64,000 nt of DNA. Origin: Glaucostegus cemiculus (taxonomy: Eukaryota). Under the pieces are notes generated by a model. That model saw only the letters and a program-made list of their open reading frames with translations, was not told where the DNA came from and did no database searches. Made by a program: the position numbers and the translations under genes. This document shows, piece after piece, positions 36,850-49,930 of the stretch. Each line of letters opens with the position of its first letter. The first letter of the stretch is position 1. Location: contig CDPCPM010000183.1 in assembly GCA_976551045.1 (NCBI GenBank), forward strand, positions 186,001 to 250,000, given 5' to 3'.

Positions 36850-39800
36850 CTAGGCAACGGGATTCAGGCTTAACAAGCTGTAGGTAATGAAATGTGAAAC
36901 TGCACATAAATGCAAAACAATGCAGAGGGGAAAGTATACAAAATTCTCCCATTTCTGCAAATTCTCCTTGTTTCCAAATGATTGTGATTCTAAAATTAGA
37001 TTGGCTGCTTTGGATATTCGGCAGCTGTTTCACTGTTCAAGAACTGCTCCCCATATTGATCGAATTTTCATGGCCTGGACCCAAATGTGTGGAAGTCTTT
37101 AATGTTTGTTAAATACAAAAAACAGTATCATTATTTCAAATGGAATTATGAAAAAGGAAAGAAGATCACAACCTAGAGAAAGAAAAATTTGCAAGTTTTA
37201 TGAAAATGTTGAAAACAAAAACATTAAATTGCAGAGATTTTAGGCTTTCAAACAGAAAGGCCACAAGGTTTGTGCAGAGTCAGTTGGTAATTGGTGGTGG
37301 AAGCAAACACACTCCAAGTGGCTGAAATGAACTGTTAATAGGATAGTGGTGATGGTGTAGGTGGTGATGGTGTAGGTGGTGATGGTGTAGGTGGTATGAA
37401 ATATAGGTCAAGGTTTACACCACTGATTGACATTCAGTCATTACTAACTGGAAATGTCAGGAATGTTGCACATGGACAGGTTATGGCTCGAATATGATGC
37501 TTCATGCAACTGAAGAGCCAACTACTCACTGTCTTGGCTTGTGCAACAAGAACACACGAGTTTTGAAATAAAAATACCCCAGCAAGCTAGTCATCACCCC
37601 ATGAAGAATATAATTTGTGGAAAAGTGGCTAAAGGTGAGGTGAATGTAGCTCACAGAGTTTGTCTGTTTAAAAAGGTTGAGTAAAGCTGTATTATAACAT
37701 AATCAACAATAAAATTAACATTCCCTTCATGGATACAATTGTAACAACAGTCAAGTTGCAGATTTGACTGATTTTACTGGTAGATTAAGCAGCAACAAGT
37801 TTTCTAAAATACTCAAAAAAAAATTTTGAATACGGCAACTGTAATCTATCAACATCTCCACAGTGAACTCATCACAAATTTATTAAAAGCTTTAAAAAAA
37901 ATCAGTTTTACGTAACAATAAAATTCCCACAAGGTAGCTCCTCGTTACACTTATTAAAGTTTAACTATTTGCTGGAAAGCAATGAGCTAATCTACTTATC
38001 TGTATCAAAAATTGTGTGGAAATTGCAGCAGTAAATTTGACAGAATCAAATTACACCATGGAATCATGCTACTTAAATCAGTTACCCAGGCTACTCATTC
38101 TCCAACTATTAAATAGCTGTATGCCACATATTACACTGGCATTATAGTATTGAGAATCACTCATGGGTGAACACAGCTACATGCTTCAGTCATTTTGCAG
38201 CAGCTTTATTAAATCACAAACCAGTTCTGAATACTGGCAAGGGTATAGTTTCTCACATAAGTGGTGTCGGAGCTAAGCACTATGGGTGGCTCAGCTGTAC
38301 AAAAGAAGCAAAGAAAAATCATGAGGGCAAAAGTTACGGATTTCTAAAGTTTGGTGAGAAGACGCGCATCTCTGCAGCAGCAGATCCAATTCCATGGTGC
38401 TAAGACAAAGTGAACATGCTAGAGGGGCACTGACAGTCAAAGATATCATGATTCATATGGTTACCAATGACACTGATAGAACAAGGAACTGGGTACACAA
38501 TTTAAGATCTCAGGAAACTGGAGTTAAAGAAGCAGGAGCTCAAAAAGTAGGTTACTTTCAGTGCAACACACTAGTGAGCTCAGGAATAGTTGAGTGCAAA
38601 TCAGTGGAGAGATGATACCAGATTGAGAGCTTTTGATTCCTGGGGCAATGGGACCAGTTAGGTGGAACCTAACTGAGCCACATGGGCAGCACTTCAAACA
38701 GCACAAACCAATATCCTATATTGTAATGACATTCCCTAGCACCTACAGCCCTCGTTTTCCTTGCCAGTCGATGTAGTGGATTTGGGAGTATTGTTGGAGT
38801 AGCCTAGCCAAGTAAATGATTTGCATTTTATACATGGTACAAACTGCAGCTGCTGTGCTCTACTGGTGGAAAGTGGGCTACTTCTCCCAGAGAGTGTTGA
38901 GTTTGAGTTGTTGGTGCTGCACTCATCCAGGTGAGTGGAGAATATTCCATCACACTCCTGACTTGTGTCTTGTAGACCGAGAAAAGTCACATTAGCAGTT
39001 TTGCAACCTTCAGGCACCGGTGCTAGCAGCCATGGAGGAATGAAAAATTGTTGTCAAAATCTTTACACTTTCCTCCCTTGCTTCTTTTAACACCGTGGAG
39101 AATTTGTGACAGTGTTACAAGTCCAAGTGCAGAGTAGGTTGGATATAATATGCGGAAAGGGGAGAAGAGAGGATTTTTGAGGCAGTGATGAAAATACAGT
39201 TGGATTTAATATCATAATGGGAAAGGACATGATAAAATAGGAGTAAAAGTTCTAAGTTAGAGGAAGGCAAATTTTAGCAAGTCGTGAAATGTACTGGAAA
39301 ACATCTACTTGAAGTGTCAGAGTAGTGGAAGGCATTCAAGTAGGAGACTAAAGGGACTCCAGGGAAACCTGCTCTTAAGTCAAAGAAATGGGTGGGACAG
39401 CCAAATCTACAGTCCACTGCATGGCTCGGTACACATAAGCTAGGATAAACTACCACTTGTTTTTCTGCCTTATGCAAGAAACAGAGTTCAACCCTGCTGA
39501 AACCATAGGAGGGTACAGAAAATGAAGGGGTGATATTAAAAGAGAAGTCAGGAAAGCAAAAGTAGGGTATGAAAAAAAAGCTTTAAATAAAATCCAAAGC
39601 ATGAATTTATGTGCTCATGATAAGGATACTCCCTAACAAGAAATTAAAGAAAATAGGGTTACACTTGTGCGTGATGAGCAAGTGATATGATCAAACTCCA
39701 GCAATATCAATAGACCAAAATCAATGTGTGTTGTAAACGGCAAAATAATAATGGGTATGTACAGTATACTGTGCAGTTATCAGCCATGTCATCATTACGT

Positions 39801-39852
39801 CAAGTTGATATGTATTTTTACTTAACCACCTCTGGGTTTTAGGAAAGGATAC
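36850..39852 (-). other. Candidate U12-type (minor spliceosome) GT-AG intron of CRYZL1
   Basis: Donor reads GTATCCTTT, the U12 consensus. The acceptor has no long polypyrimidine tract and a weak branch-like CCTGAAT shortly before the AG. Confidence 0.8.
37346..37395 (+). repeat. Minisatellite (GTGGTGATGGTGTAG)x3.3
   Basis: Three perfect 15-bp units plus GTGGT. Confidence 0.95.
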
Positions 39853-39958
39853 GCAGATACTTCCCTTGTTGCATATTTGATAGTTGCCACACTTCCTCAT
39901 TCAGAAATGAAATACTTGCTCCTTTACAAAATAGAAGTCGACTATCTGGTGGATCTAG
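39853..39958 (-). CDS. CRYZL1: CRYZL1 coding exon (106 bp; [35 protein letters not shown])
   Basis: Acceptor ttccacag, donor GTATCCTTT (U12-type). Confidence 0.95.
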
Positions 39959-41501
39959 CTGTGGAAGTAAAAATTTAAGCCTTGAGAGAGAAACCGAGTT
40001 ATATTCTACAATAATACCAGTTTTTATCAGTTGTAGATCTCATTCGGTCATCGAGTCATACAGAGGCCCTTTGACCCACCAAGTCTGCTCATCAAGTGCC
40101 CATTTACACTAATCCTTGTACCAAGCCATTTATTCTCCCTACATTCCCATCACTTCCCTCAATTTCTACTGTACAGGAGGGGAAATTTAAAGTGGCCAAT
40201 TAACAGTTACAGGGTTAATGTGAATATTTCACTCAAGGTCAGTATTGAACCCAGGTCACTGGAGCTGTGAAGCATCAGCTCTACTAACTGTGCTGCCAAG
40301 AAAACTTGCCTTTTTTGTACAGGAGCCCAAAAAGTTTTACTTGTTAATGACAGTGAGTATTTAGGTTATACTGACTTGAATGATCACAGGTTTGATTTTC
40401 TAATCTTGATCAAGTTAATTGACCAGGTTGCAGCAGGGATGCTATAATGGCCCCAGCATCCCAAATCAGAGAGAACATTGATCAAGCTTCGCCAAGTGCG
40501 TTCACGCATGCCTGCCTGCTCGCTCTTGGGTTTGCGTATGCACATATTATACAAGAACATGATTGGGGCATTCTGTGGCATTCCCCCATTAGAACAGAAA
40601 ATAAAAAGAATTACACATTTGCAAGAAGCATTAGTAAATCATTTGGCAGATTCATGGCTGTTTTTTTTAAGATTGATATCAACTACCAGATTTTTTTTTA
40701 AATGATCAAATCCTCTAAAAACATGGATTGCATTCTGTGAATATTAGGCCAGCCCTTTGGAATATTACATTAATAAAATAAATGTCACACTAACCACCAT
40801 CATACCCACATACATTACTCCATGCAAGAAGAATTGAAAGCAGAATACAGCAAATGCAAAAGTTTAAGGTCTGCACTGATTTACAATTAAATGTTGCTGA
40901 ATGGGATTTCCAAAAAATGAAAATACTGTAGATGAGTAGAAATGAGAAGGGAGAAAGTTAAGGCATTACTGTAGTTGGACTTCACATTACAAGCAACAGA
41001 TCTAGACCTTAAAGGATTTGTTTGGCCATTAATTAGAAAAAAAGAACAAAATGGTTTGACAAAATAAACCTTGGTTACATACATATTCAGCTTATGAAAG
41101 CTTAATTATATTTTTATTCAAAATATCAGCATGGTAAGGGTTCTTCTGTGTTTCTAAGCAAATAACTTGAGCCTCAGTTTGTGAGGGTGTGGTCTAATAA
41201 AAACTGGTTGAGTCCCTTTAGCACTCAAAATGAGAGTGCTAACTGACATGGTACTCAGGCCAATTTGGTTGAGACAATGGGAAGGCATGAAAACACAGCA
41301 ATGTAGAAAAATAGGAGATGTAGGCTATTCAGTCTTCAAACCTTTTCTGCCAATAAATAGGATCATGGCTGATTTTCTACCTTAATACCATATTCCCGTT
41401 CTCTCCTCAAGGGAAAGAGGAAAGCAAAGGGAAGAAAGACATGAGAGAAAGCGAGCATTAATTTTGCATCCCATCAGGACAGTACATTGTGTTTAATGAG
41501 G

Positions 41502-41627
41502 ACACAAGAGACTGCAGAGGCTGGAATCTGGAGCAACAAATAATCTGCTGGAGGAGCTCAGTGGGTGAGCAGCATCTGTGGGGGAGAAGGAACTGTAGAC
41601 ATTTTGGGTCAAAATCCTGCATCATTA
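41502..41627 (-). mobile_element. Penelope-derived terminal fragment with a 12-bp TSD
   Basis: Direct repeat tgtttaatgagg at 41490-41501 and 41628-41639. Internal sequence is homologous to the 25710-25840 end, with a degenerate hammerhead. Confidence 0.7.
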
Positions 41628-42878
41628 TGTTTAATGAGGTGGGGGTAATGTTAGTGGTAGGAAGATAATGTCTGGTCGTGTTCCACTGCACCACGATTGG
41701 TGTGATGATTTAGATTTAAAAGAGCTATGCTATTCCAGTCAAGCTGTGAATCAAAACTTTTTTTTCCTATTGGTGATGAAAGTTGAAGGAGATATTGAAT
41801 GGATATCATTTGTCCTTTGATTAAATGCAACATCGCATCATACAGGGATCTTAGCACATGATACACAGAACTCAAACACAAAAGGTTAACCAATGTTTGC
41901 AAGGCCTATGCCTTCAGGTATATAGCTATTAATTTACACTTTTCCACTCACTCATTTATCTAATTCTATGGTAAAAATCCCCATTTACAGAGTGTACAGA
42001 ATAGAAATAGGCCATTTATTCATAATGATGTTATATCCATTCTTCTTAATATAATTGTTAGTGAATGCATCCATTCCACTCCCCTTCATGCATTTATTTC
42101 ACCAACATTTATTAAAAGATCTATGCTAATTTAAATGCTTTTTTTTAATTTAAAAATTAATGTCCACAAACACTCCTCCACAGCTGATAAAATGCAGAGC
42201 ACTCACACCACAGCACCATCCAGTACTTGGTATTTGAAACATTATATTGGTTTAGGTCTTAAGGGCAAGGTTAACTTGGAAGATTTTAGGTAAAATGTTA
42301 AATCAGGTACCTAACTTAATGTAAAACATATTGATCATTTATATAAAAAATGAACTAAAAACAGGAAAAATATTTTCAGTGAACCTAGTGCATTTATCCA
42401 AAAATTTTTAAAATGGGCAAAGATATTCAGAGCAACACTGGAAATGAATGTTTCATTAAGGCAACATTCCTGTTTTATGGGACACACCTGCATGGTAAAG
42501 CCCCATCCTTCATCTGCAAGTCACAAAAGCAAACATGAAACTATTACTTGTCTATCATGATTTATGGTCATAGGTTTTACTGTCAAGATTAGTAATTTAC
42601 GTATATTTATCTGGATTAAGTAATAATGAAATAAAGATTAGACCCTCCCAACCCCCAGGTTTCTTTTCCCCATTCTAGAATGCCGTAAAATTTTACAGCT
42701 GTTTTGTAATGTGATAGCTGGGTTTTAATTTTTCTCTACATAAACGAAAAGTAAAAGGAACTTTTGGGGATTACACAAGTGATCGGATTTCCTATGAAGT
42801 TTCATATTCTGTATCTTGCAGAGCACTGTAAGGTTGGCAAAGTACAGAAGACGTTTCAGTGACAGCTTTCTGTATTAC

Positions 42879-42997
42879 CTGTAGATTCTCTTCTGTTGTT
42901 ATCCAGTGACCTGCAACAGCTAGAAGACTGAGAATGTCATGTTTATGTGGGAGATGTTGTTTGATAGCTGGCTCATCTTCTTTGCTGTAGAGCTGCA
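42879..42997 (-). CDS. CRYZL1: CRYZL1 coding exon (119 bp; [40 protein letters not shown])
   Basis: Acceptor gttatag, donor gtaata. Lies in ORF 42792..42998. Confidence 0.95.
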
Positions 42998-44490
42998 CTA
43001 TAACTCAAAATATCAAAGCGTACATTACTTAATCTGTGGCAGCTTAAATCATGAGATAAGCAAGACCAAGACAACAAGGTTTGATTCAGTTTTTAAAACA
43101 TCAAGACCGTTTTGTGATAAATGTGCCCATTAATAACTTTGGAAAAAGTTGACTTAAGTAAATTAGATTTCCTTGCTGAGTAGTCATGCTGATACATGGT
43201 AAAACTATGCAGCAGCCATTTCCAACTCCAAAATAATAAAAATAGTCTGCATCTCAGTAAGAATGTATACTAGCATTTAATAGCTTCAAATTATTTTAAA
43301 ACATGCTTTATTTTAAAGGAAATTTTCTGCATTCCATACACTGGTCTAGTGAAAGAGCACACAAGTAAGCTTTTTCCAGTATCTTGCCAGTGTCACCCTG
43401 CAAATGTTTGGAGCTAGAGTGAATCAAGATCACACTTAGTCCAAATTTTCATCTTTCTTGTAGACTTTATTAATCTGCATCTAACACGCCAAGCAGTTGC
43501 ACGGCAGAGACTCCTATGCTTTTGAACAGAGTACTGAATCTTAATCCAGTTGGGTAGGTTGGAGACATGTCAGTTATTACATTGGAAAAAATGTCTAAAA
43601 CATGAACCAAACCTTCCCATTAATAGTTTTAACAGTTGCAGTTAAGACAGACAATCCATTCACAGGAAGTGGGCTTCATTCTAACCAGCAAGGCTGTGTG
43701 TATTTATTTTAGCTGTCCTTCCAGTTTTACCCTACCGCAGCTGGGTTTGTCAGACTATGGGAAATTGGCATCCAAAGATCTGGTGAGGACAGAGTCATCA
43801 GGCAAAGGCATTTAATAGACAAGCAGAGCAGGAACATGCCCAAACAAGTTTAGCTTGCAAATCCCATTGATTTGTCTACTGACTTCCTACTACCATTTGT
43901 GCAGTCTCAATGAATGTATATTAAAATTGCAATTACACTTACTTACAACTATAAAGCAAAACATTATTAGAAATTTGGTTCAGAATTACCAAGTGATTTT
44001 AAAACAGTCCCATTTTAGTTGCTTCAAAGACTGAAAGTCTTGGTTGCTGAGCCATTAATATCATACCGTGTCCAATTCCATTTGTGATTGCGAATGAAAT
44101 TGCTGTTATCAGCCTGGCAGAAGCAGAACTTCTACCATTTGTCTGCAGTACTCATGTTCAGGGGGAAACTTGTCAAGATTTTGGTTGATGCAAAGTGAAC
44201 CCCAGAGAAAGTTCCTATAGGAGTGGGTGACAATAAGGACTTGGTCATGTGGATTCTCTTTATGAGAAGAAAGCTTGCTGACACTTCATATCAGGACTCA
44301 TACATGGTGCACATTTAAATGGGGTGACAAAGAGCATTTGACATCAGTAGGACTCCACTCCAGTCATGGGCCAAGTTGAAAGGAAAGAACTGAATACAAT
44401 AGTGTTAAAATAAAGCTTAATACTGTATAATGCTCATTTTAAGATACTTTAAAAAATCATAAAACAAGTTAAAAATATTGCAGAACAAAC

Positions 44491-44589
44491 CTCCACAATC
44501 CACCACAATGTTGACGCCTAGACCACCCGTTTCTTCCAAACAGCTGTCTACAAGGTCAACCTTACTGTCAGACAAGTTGATCACTCTGG
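44491..44589 (-). CDS. CRYZL1: CRYZL1 coding exon (99 bp; [33 protein letters not shown])
   Basis: Acceptor tgtcacag, donor gtttgt. Lies in ORF 44417..44611. Confidence 0.95.
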
Positions 44590-47384
44590 CTGTGACAGAG
44601 CAGAAATTCAATTAGTCTACTGCCCCTTAGAATAGTATTTCTCAATAATTGATTAACAGAAAGGTGAACCATTCTAGTCAATGATTTTGGTTCACAATAA
44701 AAACTGCTTAACTTTTAAAATTATGAATTTCTACTGTGCATCTAAACACTTGTGAGCTTAGCTATAAAGCAGTAAGAGCAAACCAAATCTTGAGAGAAAA
44801 AAAATCAAAGTGTGATGGTACACGAGGGCAATTGACAAGTACTGTACAAGTACCAACATCTAGAATGCAGAGCAAAAGTTCTAAACAAAATTGATACCTT
44901 AAAATTAGATTATTAGCTAGCCTATAATTAGAAGTATACAGAGCTGATCAAAACCAATTTTTAACTTAAAGTAGTGAGAGACACGGTAGGGCAGGTGATC
45001 TGTTGTGGCAATAGCATGGAGCCGCTGGGATCATGGTGATCTACAGCTGCCTCTACCGAAGTAACCATCTGCACTGAGCAATTTGGGCTCAGAATTGATG
45101 GAACTCAAACTACAAACAGTGCAATGCATCAGGAAGGGAGAAAGTTACCTGGACACATGTTTCCAAGAGGCAGTCACATCCCTCAGATTAAATACTGTAG
45201 ATTTGTCAATGGTTAGGGACCGGAAATAAGGCAGGGACTGTAAATAAGGCAGCTACAGAGATACAGAAGGTAATATTGGAGGAGCCTCAAGGACTTACAT
45301 TTGTCATAAAGTCATTTGGCTATTCATTTTTCATTTCGTAACAGTAAAGATTTTCCACTGAAGGAATAAAAAGTTTCTACAAGAAGGACCTGTGGTTGAT
45401 TAAGTCAGTGAATGATGGTATCAACTTGAAAATAAATATTGTGACTATGAATACAGACTAGAAGACCAATAAAATGTAAGAAAAAGCCAGAATAGAAGCT
45501 AACAAGAAATATAAAAACAAACAAGTGCTTCTACAGATGACAGATAGGAAAACAAATTGTGAGGACAGAGACTGCAAAGGGATATTGAGTGAGGAAAAGT
45601 CAGTAGGCAGCGAGGAAAAACTTGGCCGATGGGGGATAGTGGTGGGGAATTGCAATGAATCCACTTTTCGTGGGAAGAACAAAGCAGAATAAATGGAAAG
45701 CGATCACAATATATTTAGTGATTTGGATTATCCCACGCATGAAAGACAGTGGGTACAGCAAGTATTTCTTTCTGCAATAGGCAAAAAAAACCAGACAAAT
45801 GTAAAATTTAAAAAGGATTGCAGAATTTTATCACTCCAGAAAGTTTTTATGATGCCTGATCAGCAAGACTGATCAAAAAATAAAAATTATATCTGTGATG
45901 GCTTTTCTTCTGAAGTGATAATTAGTCACAATGTTTAGTCAAACTGATGATTATAAAACATGTTTTTTCCACTAACTTCAATGATTTATGAATTAATATT
46001 TCAAGTTATGAAAATAACTTCATACTTAATAAACCATGTCATCATGCTGCATAATGATTGGTTATTATTATTTAAATTATATTATTGCCCACACAATGCA
46101 GTCACAGCTTTAAATTTTGTCACTGATTGTAGAGTATTAAGTTTTCAATCCCAATCACTTGGTTTATCTTATTCTCCCAACAGGCGAAATGTAAACCAGA
46201 GACCAACTCACAGACAAATGTAGTTAAAATCTTTCTAACAAGATGCAAGTATTAATGAACTCGTTGCATTTGGAAAGATGACTTCAGGGTTAAATTTCTT
46301 TTCCCATCCCTAAAAATACTCGTGGACCAATATGATGACTATTAAGCTCTACTGAGCTGAAAAAACAGCTGCAGGGAAGTGGGAGCATTCAATGATGTCT
46401 ACATACACAGACACCAAATTCTGAAGATAAAATGCAAGTACTTAGCTCAAGCAGTATCCAGTTTAATCCAAGAAAATTAATCACTATTTTGTTTGATGTT
46501 GAGATAATGCTCTTTTAAAAGCTGTTGTGTTCTATTAGCGCAAATGTTCATTCACTCAGTAAACACTTCTGGCACATGCATATAATAGAATCTGAAATAC
46601 AGTGGGGTGTGTAAAATAGTTTTGGAGAAACAACTGAGCAACTGAATGTTCTTTCATGTTTGGATTGTTTAAAGGCCAATAATTACTTTTATTTACATAT
46701 CAAGGGCCTTTAAGAGGGAAAAAAAAACAATCCTTGTCTCTGGGTAGGCAATGTACAGTTTGATCTTCAAAGCCACCACTGAAGTTTGACGGAAAAATGG
46801 AAGGAAATCAAAAAATTGCAACATACCCCAAAACATGTCATAATAACTCAGACAGAATTTGATTAAATTTAGAAACCATAACCACGGGCTTGCTCTTTTG
46901 GTTGAAAAAAATTCCAGGTAGCAGAGCCAAAATTGAGACCCAAAATACCACTTCCTGAGGGAGCTCCCACCAAGGCAGGAGCAATACCTAACTGATAATG
47001 CAACACTGCTGCTAAAATCACTATTACCATTATACTGTAATATAAATGCAACATTGTATATTTACTTTGCAGGCTGGAAGTTAAAGGGGGAAGAAAATAA
47101 TTTCTAGGTTTTGGTTTTGAACTAAGACATTACTAAGAGACAATGACTTACCTACCAAAGGTTGTCGAATGCCTTAGGTTTTGCAGCCATAAGCAGACCA
47201 AAGACAGGAAATAGAGGAGAGAACAAAATTAAAAAATGGAAAATAATCCATCAAAACAATAAAAAAATAAAAAAATATTTAAAAATCAACACACGGTTCA
47301 AGTCGAGTACATTGCTGCAATATGAGAAATGATTTATTCAAATACGAAGATCCAACATCATTATTTTGATTTAGGTTAAATTTC

Positions 47385-48760
47385 ATCACTTTTGCTGACA
47401 ATTACCACGCTGCTCTCACTTTCACATGGCCCATCTCTGATTCTTCTTCTTTCTTCCCCAATTTCTCTTTTACCATCATGGGATGGGTTAGTGATTTATA
47501 CCTATTACTAGACCACAACTATCTTGGACTACTCTTCTTCCCTGTTCTGCTTCCTGTACATCTCCATTCTATTCTCCCATTATCTCTCGCTCCATAGATC
47601 TGTTCTGATGCCAACATTTTCCACATCAGTGCTTCAGAGATGTCTTCTCTTCCTGTGGTCTCCCTTTTGCTATAGTTACCAAGCATTCAAAAACATCTAT
47701 GTCCCTCATTTCTCCTCTCAACCCCTCTTTCCACCCAGAACAATAAGGTCGCACTTACCTTATCAGCCTCCATATTCAATGGATGATACTCTGGAATTTA
47801 TGCCCTCTTCAATTAGATTCCACCACATCTTCCCTTCCCCTACTCTTTCCCCATTCCAAAGGGACTGTTCCCTCTGCAGTTCATTGATTAACTGTTCTAT
47901 TTCCACCATCTATTCCCCCTTTCATGGCATGTTCCTGTTCCAAATGCAAAAGATTCAACACCTATGCTTTTGCCTCTTTCCTTCCCACCATCCAGAGACT
48001 CGTATACTCTTTTGAGGAGAAGCAATGATTCACTTGCACTTCTTTCAGTTTACTGCATTCAGTGCTCACAATGTGGCCTCCTGATTACTGAGGAAATCAG
48101 ACATTAATTGGGTGACCCTTGTACAGGACTGAGCTTCCAACTGCCTGTCACTTTAACTTTCTATTCCACTCTGACCTCTGTCTTCGGTTGCCTACATTGT
48201 TCCAACAAAGCCCAATGTAAGCCTGAGCAACAGGTATTATCCAGGTGCTCAACAGCTCCAAGGAGTCAACACTGATTTCACTCATCGCTGATAACTACCA
48301 TTTCCATTAGAACTGGTCAGTGCTGATACAAGGTTACAATGTGCGATATTACCTTAGTATTATCTCTCTCCACAGATACTGCCTGACCTCCTGGGTACTT
48401 TCAGTATGTTTACAGTAACTTCAGTGTGCTGTATCAGATCCAGCATTGTGTTTTGTTTTGTCCCTTCCCCTCGGCTCCTGTGTCTTTATTCATCTCCCTC
48501 CATTTAAACCCTCATCCAAACAGAAAAGCTCAAATAAATAAGCTTTCACCACCCTCTCTCAGATAGCACCATCATTCTTTGCAATATTTTGATCTGTTTT
48601 TGCTAGCCAACCTCTGACAGACATCTCCTTGTTCTCTCTGCAACCTTAAACAGACTTGTTTACTTACTTTCCCTTGTTGACATGAAAAGGTTATTGACCC
48701 AGAACATTACATCCGTTTCCCTCTCCACAAAGGCTGCCTGCCCTGCTGAGTACCTAGAAC
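47385..48760 (+). mobile_element. Old Penelope-like element remnant (RT C-terminus, GIY-YIG, two degenerate termini)
   Basis: tgcattcagtgctcacaatgtggcctcc and cctgtcactttaac are homologous to the GIY-YIG copies. gctgcctg-type termini at about 48375 and 48730. Confidence 0.6.
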
Positions 48761-48769
48761 ATATTCATC

Positions 48770-49930
48770 CTCAAATCCCCTCTAATCTACTGACTCCTTA
48801 TCTTAAACCCATACCTTCTGGTTTGGGGCATGTCTGTTATTGCAAAGTTTCTCATTATTCAACCCTATCTATGCCCCTCATAATTGTGTACACCTTTCTC
48901 AGGTTCCCCCTCTGCTTTCCACACTCCAAGGAGAACAAACTCAGTCTCTATTTGTAATCAAAATGTTGCACCCCAGGCAACATGCTGGTAAATCTCCTCT
49001 GCACTCTCTTCAATGCAGTCACGCCTTTCCCATAGTGTTGTGAACGGAACTGCACACAGACAGGTTGTGACCAGAACTAGCAGTGACCTAACCAAAGTGT
49101 TATGAAGTTATATCGTGCTCTCATATCCTTTGCCCCAGCTAATGAAGGCCAACATCCCATATGTCTTCTTCATTACCTTATTTAATGTTGATATTTTAGG
49201 GATTGATGGACCTGTACACTGTGGTAACTCTATCCTTTGATAGTCTTTAAATATCTAACATTCACTGTACATGTCCTGTTCTTATTAGGCCTCCCAAAAT
49301 GCAACACTTGACACTTACTGGGATTAAATTCCACTTGCCATTGCTTTGACTAACCTACCAGCTGATCGATACAATTCTGTAACCCAAGATAATCTTCATC
49401 ACCATCAACAACTACTACAATTTTGTCATCTGTCAACTTGCTAATCATATCTTCTACATTCATATACAAATCTATACTGGATATGACAGATAGGTCCCAG
49501 CACCAATCACTGTGGTACTCCACTGGGTCACAGGCTTCCAATCAAAAAAGCAACCCTCACCATCTGTCTCGTATTAGCAAGCCAACTTTGGATCCAATAT
49601 GCCGACTCCTTTATATCCCAAGAGCATTTGAAGCAGTGTTACATGAGATCTTGTCTGAGATCCTTCTGAAGTCCATGTAGACTATATCACCTGCACTGCC
49701 TTCAATATATTTTGTCACTCAATTAGATTAAACTCCTCAATTAAACTCAATTAGATTAGTCAGACAGGATCCCTCACCAACAAAACGATGCTGACAATCC
49801 CCGATCACTCCCTGCCTTTCCAACTGCAGATTAATCATGTCCCTCAGAACTTTTTTTTCCTCCAATAACTTCTATATCATTGACTTTGGTCTCACTGGCC
49901 TGCAGTTACTTAGCTTATCCCTGCTGCCAG
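48770..49930 (-). mobile_element. CR1 LINE decayed RT fragment
   Basis: Reverse-complement homology to 33760-34870. Confidence 0.8.

Noticed and set aside
38300-39600. Coding-like ORF with IHMVTND (38394..38615)
   Set aside because: Most likely a decayed CR1 ORF1 esterase-like remnant, too fragmented to delimit. Not a host gene.
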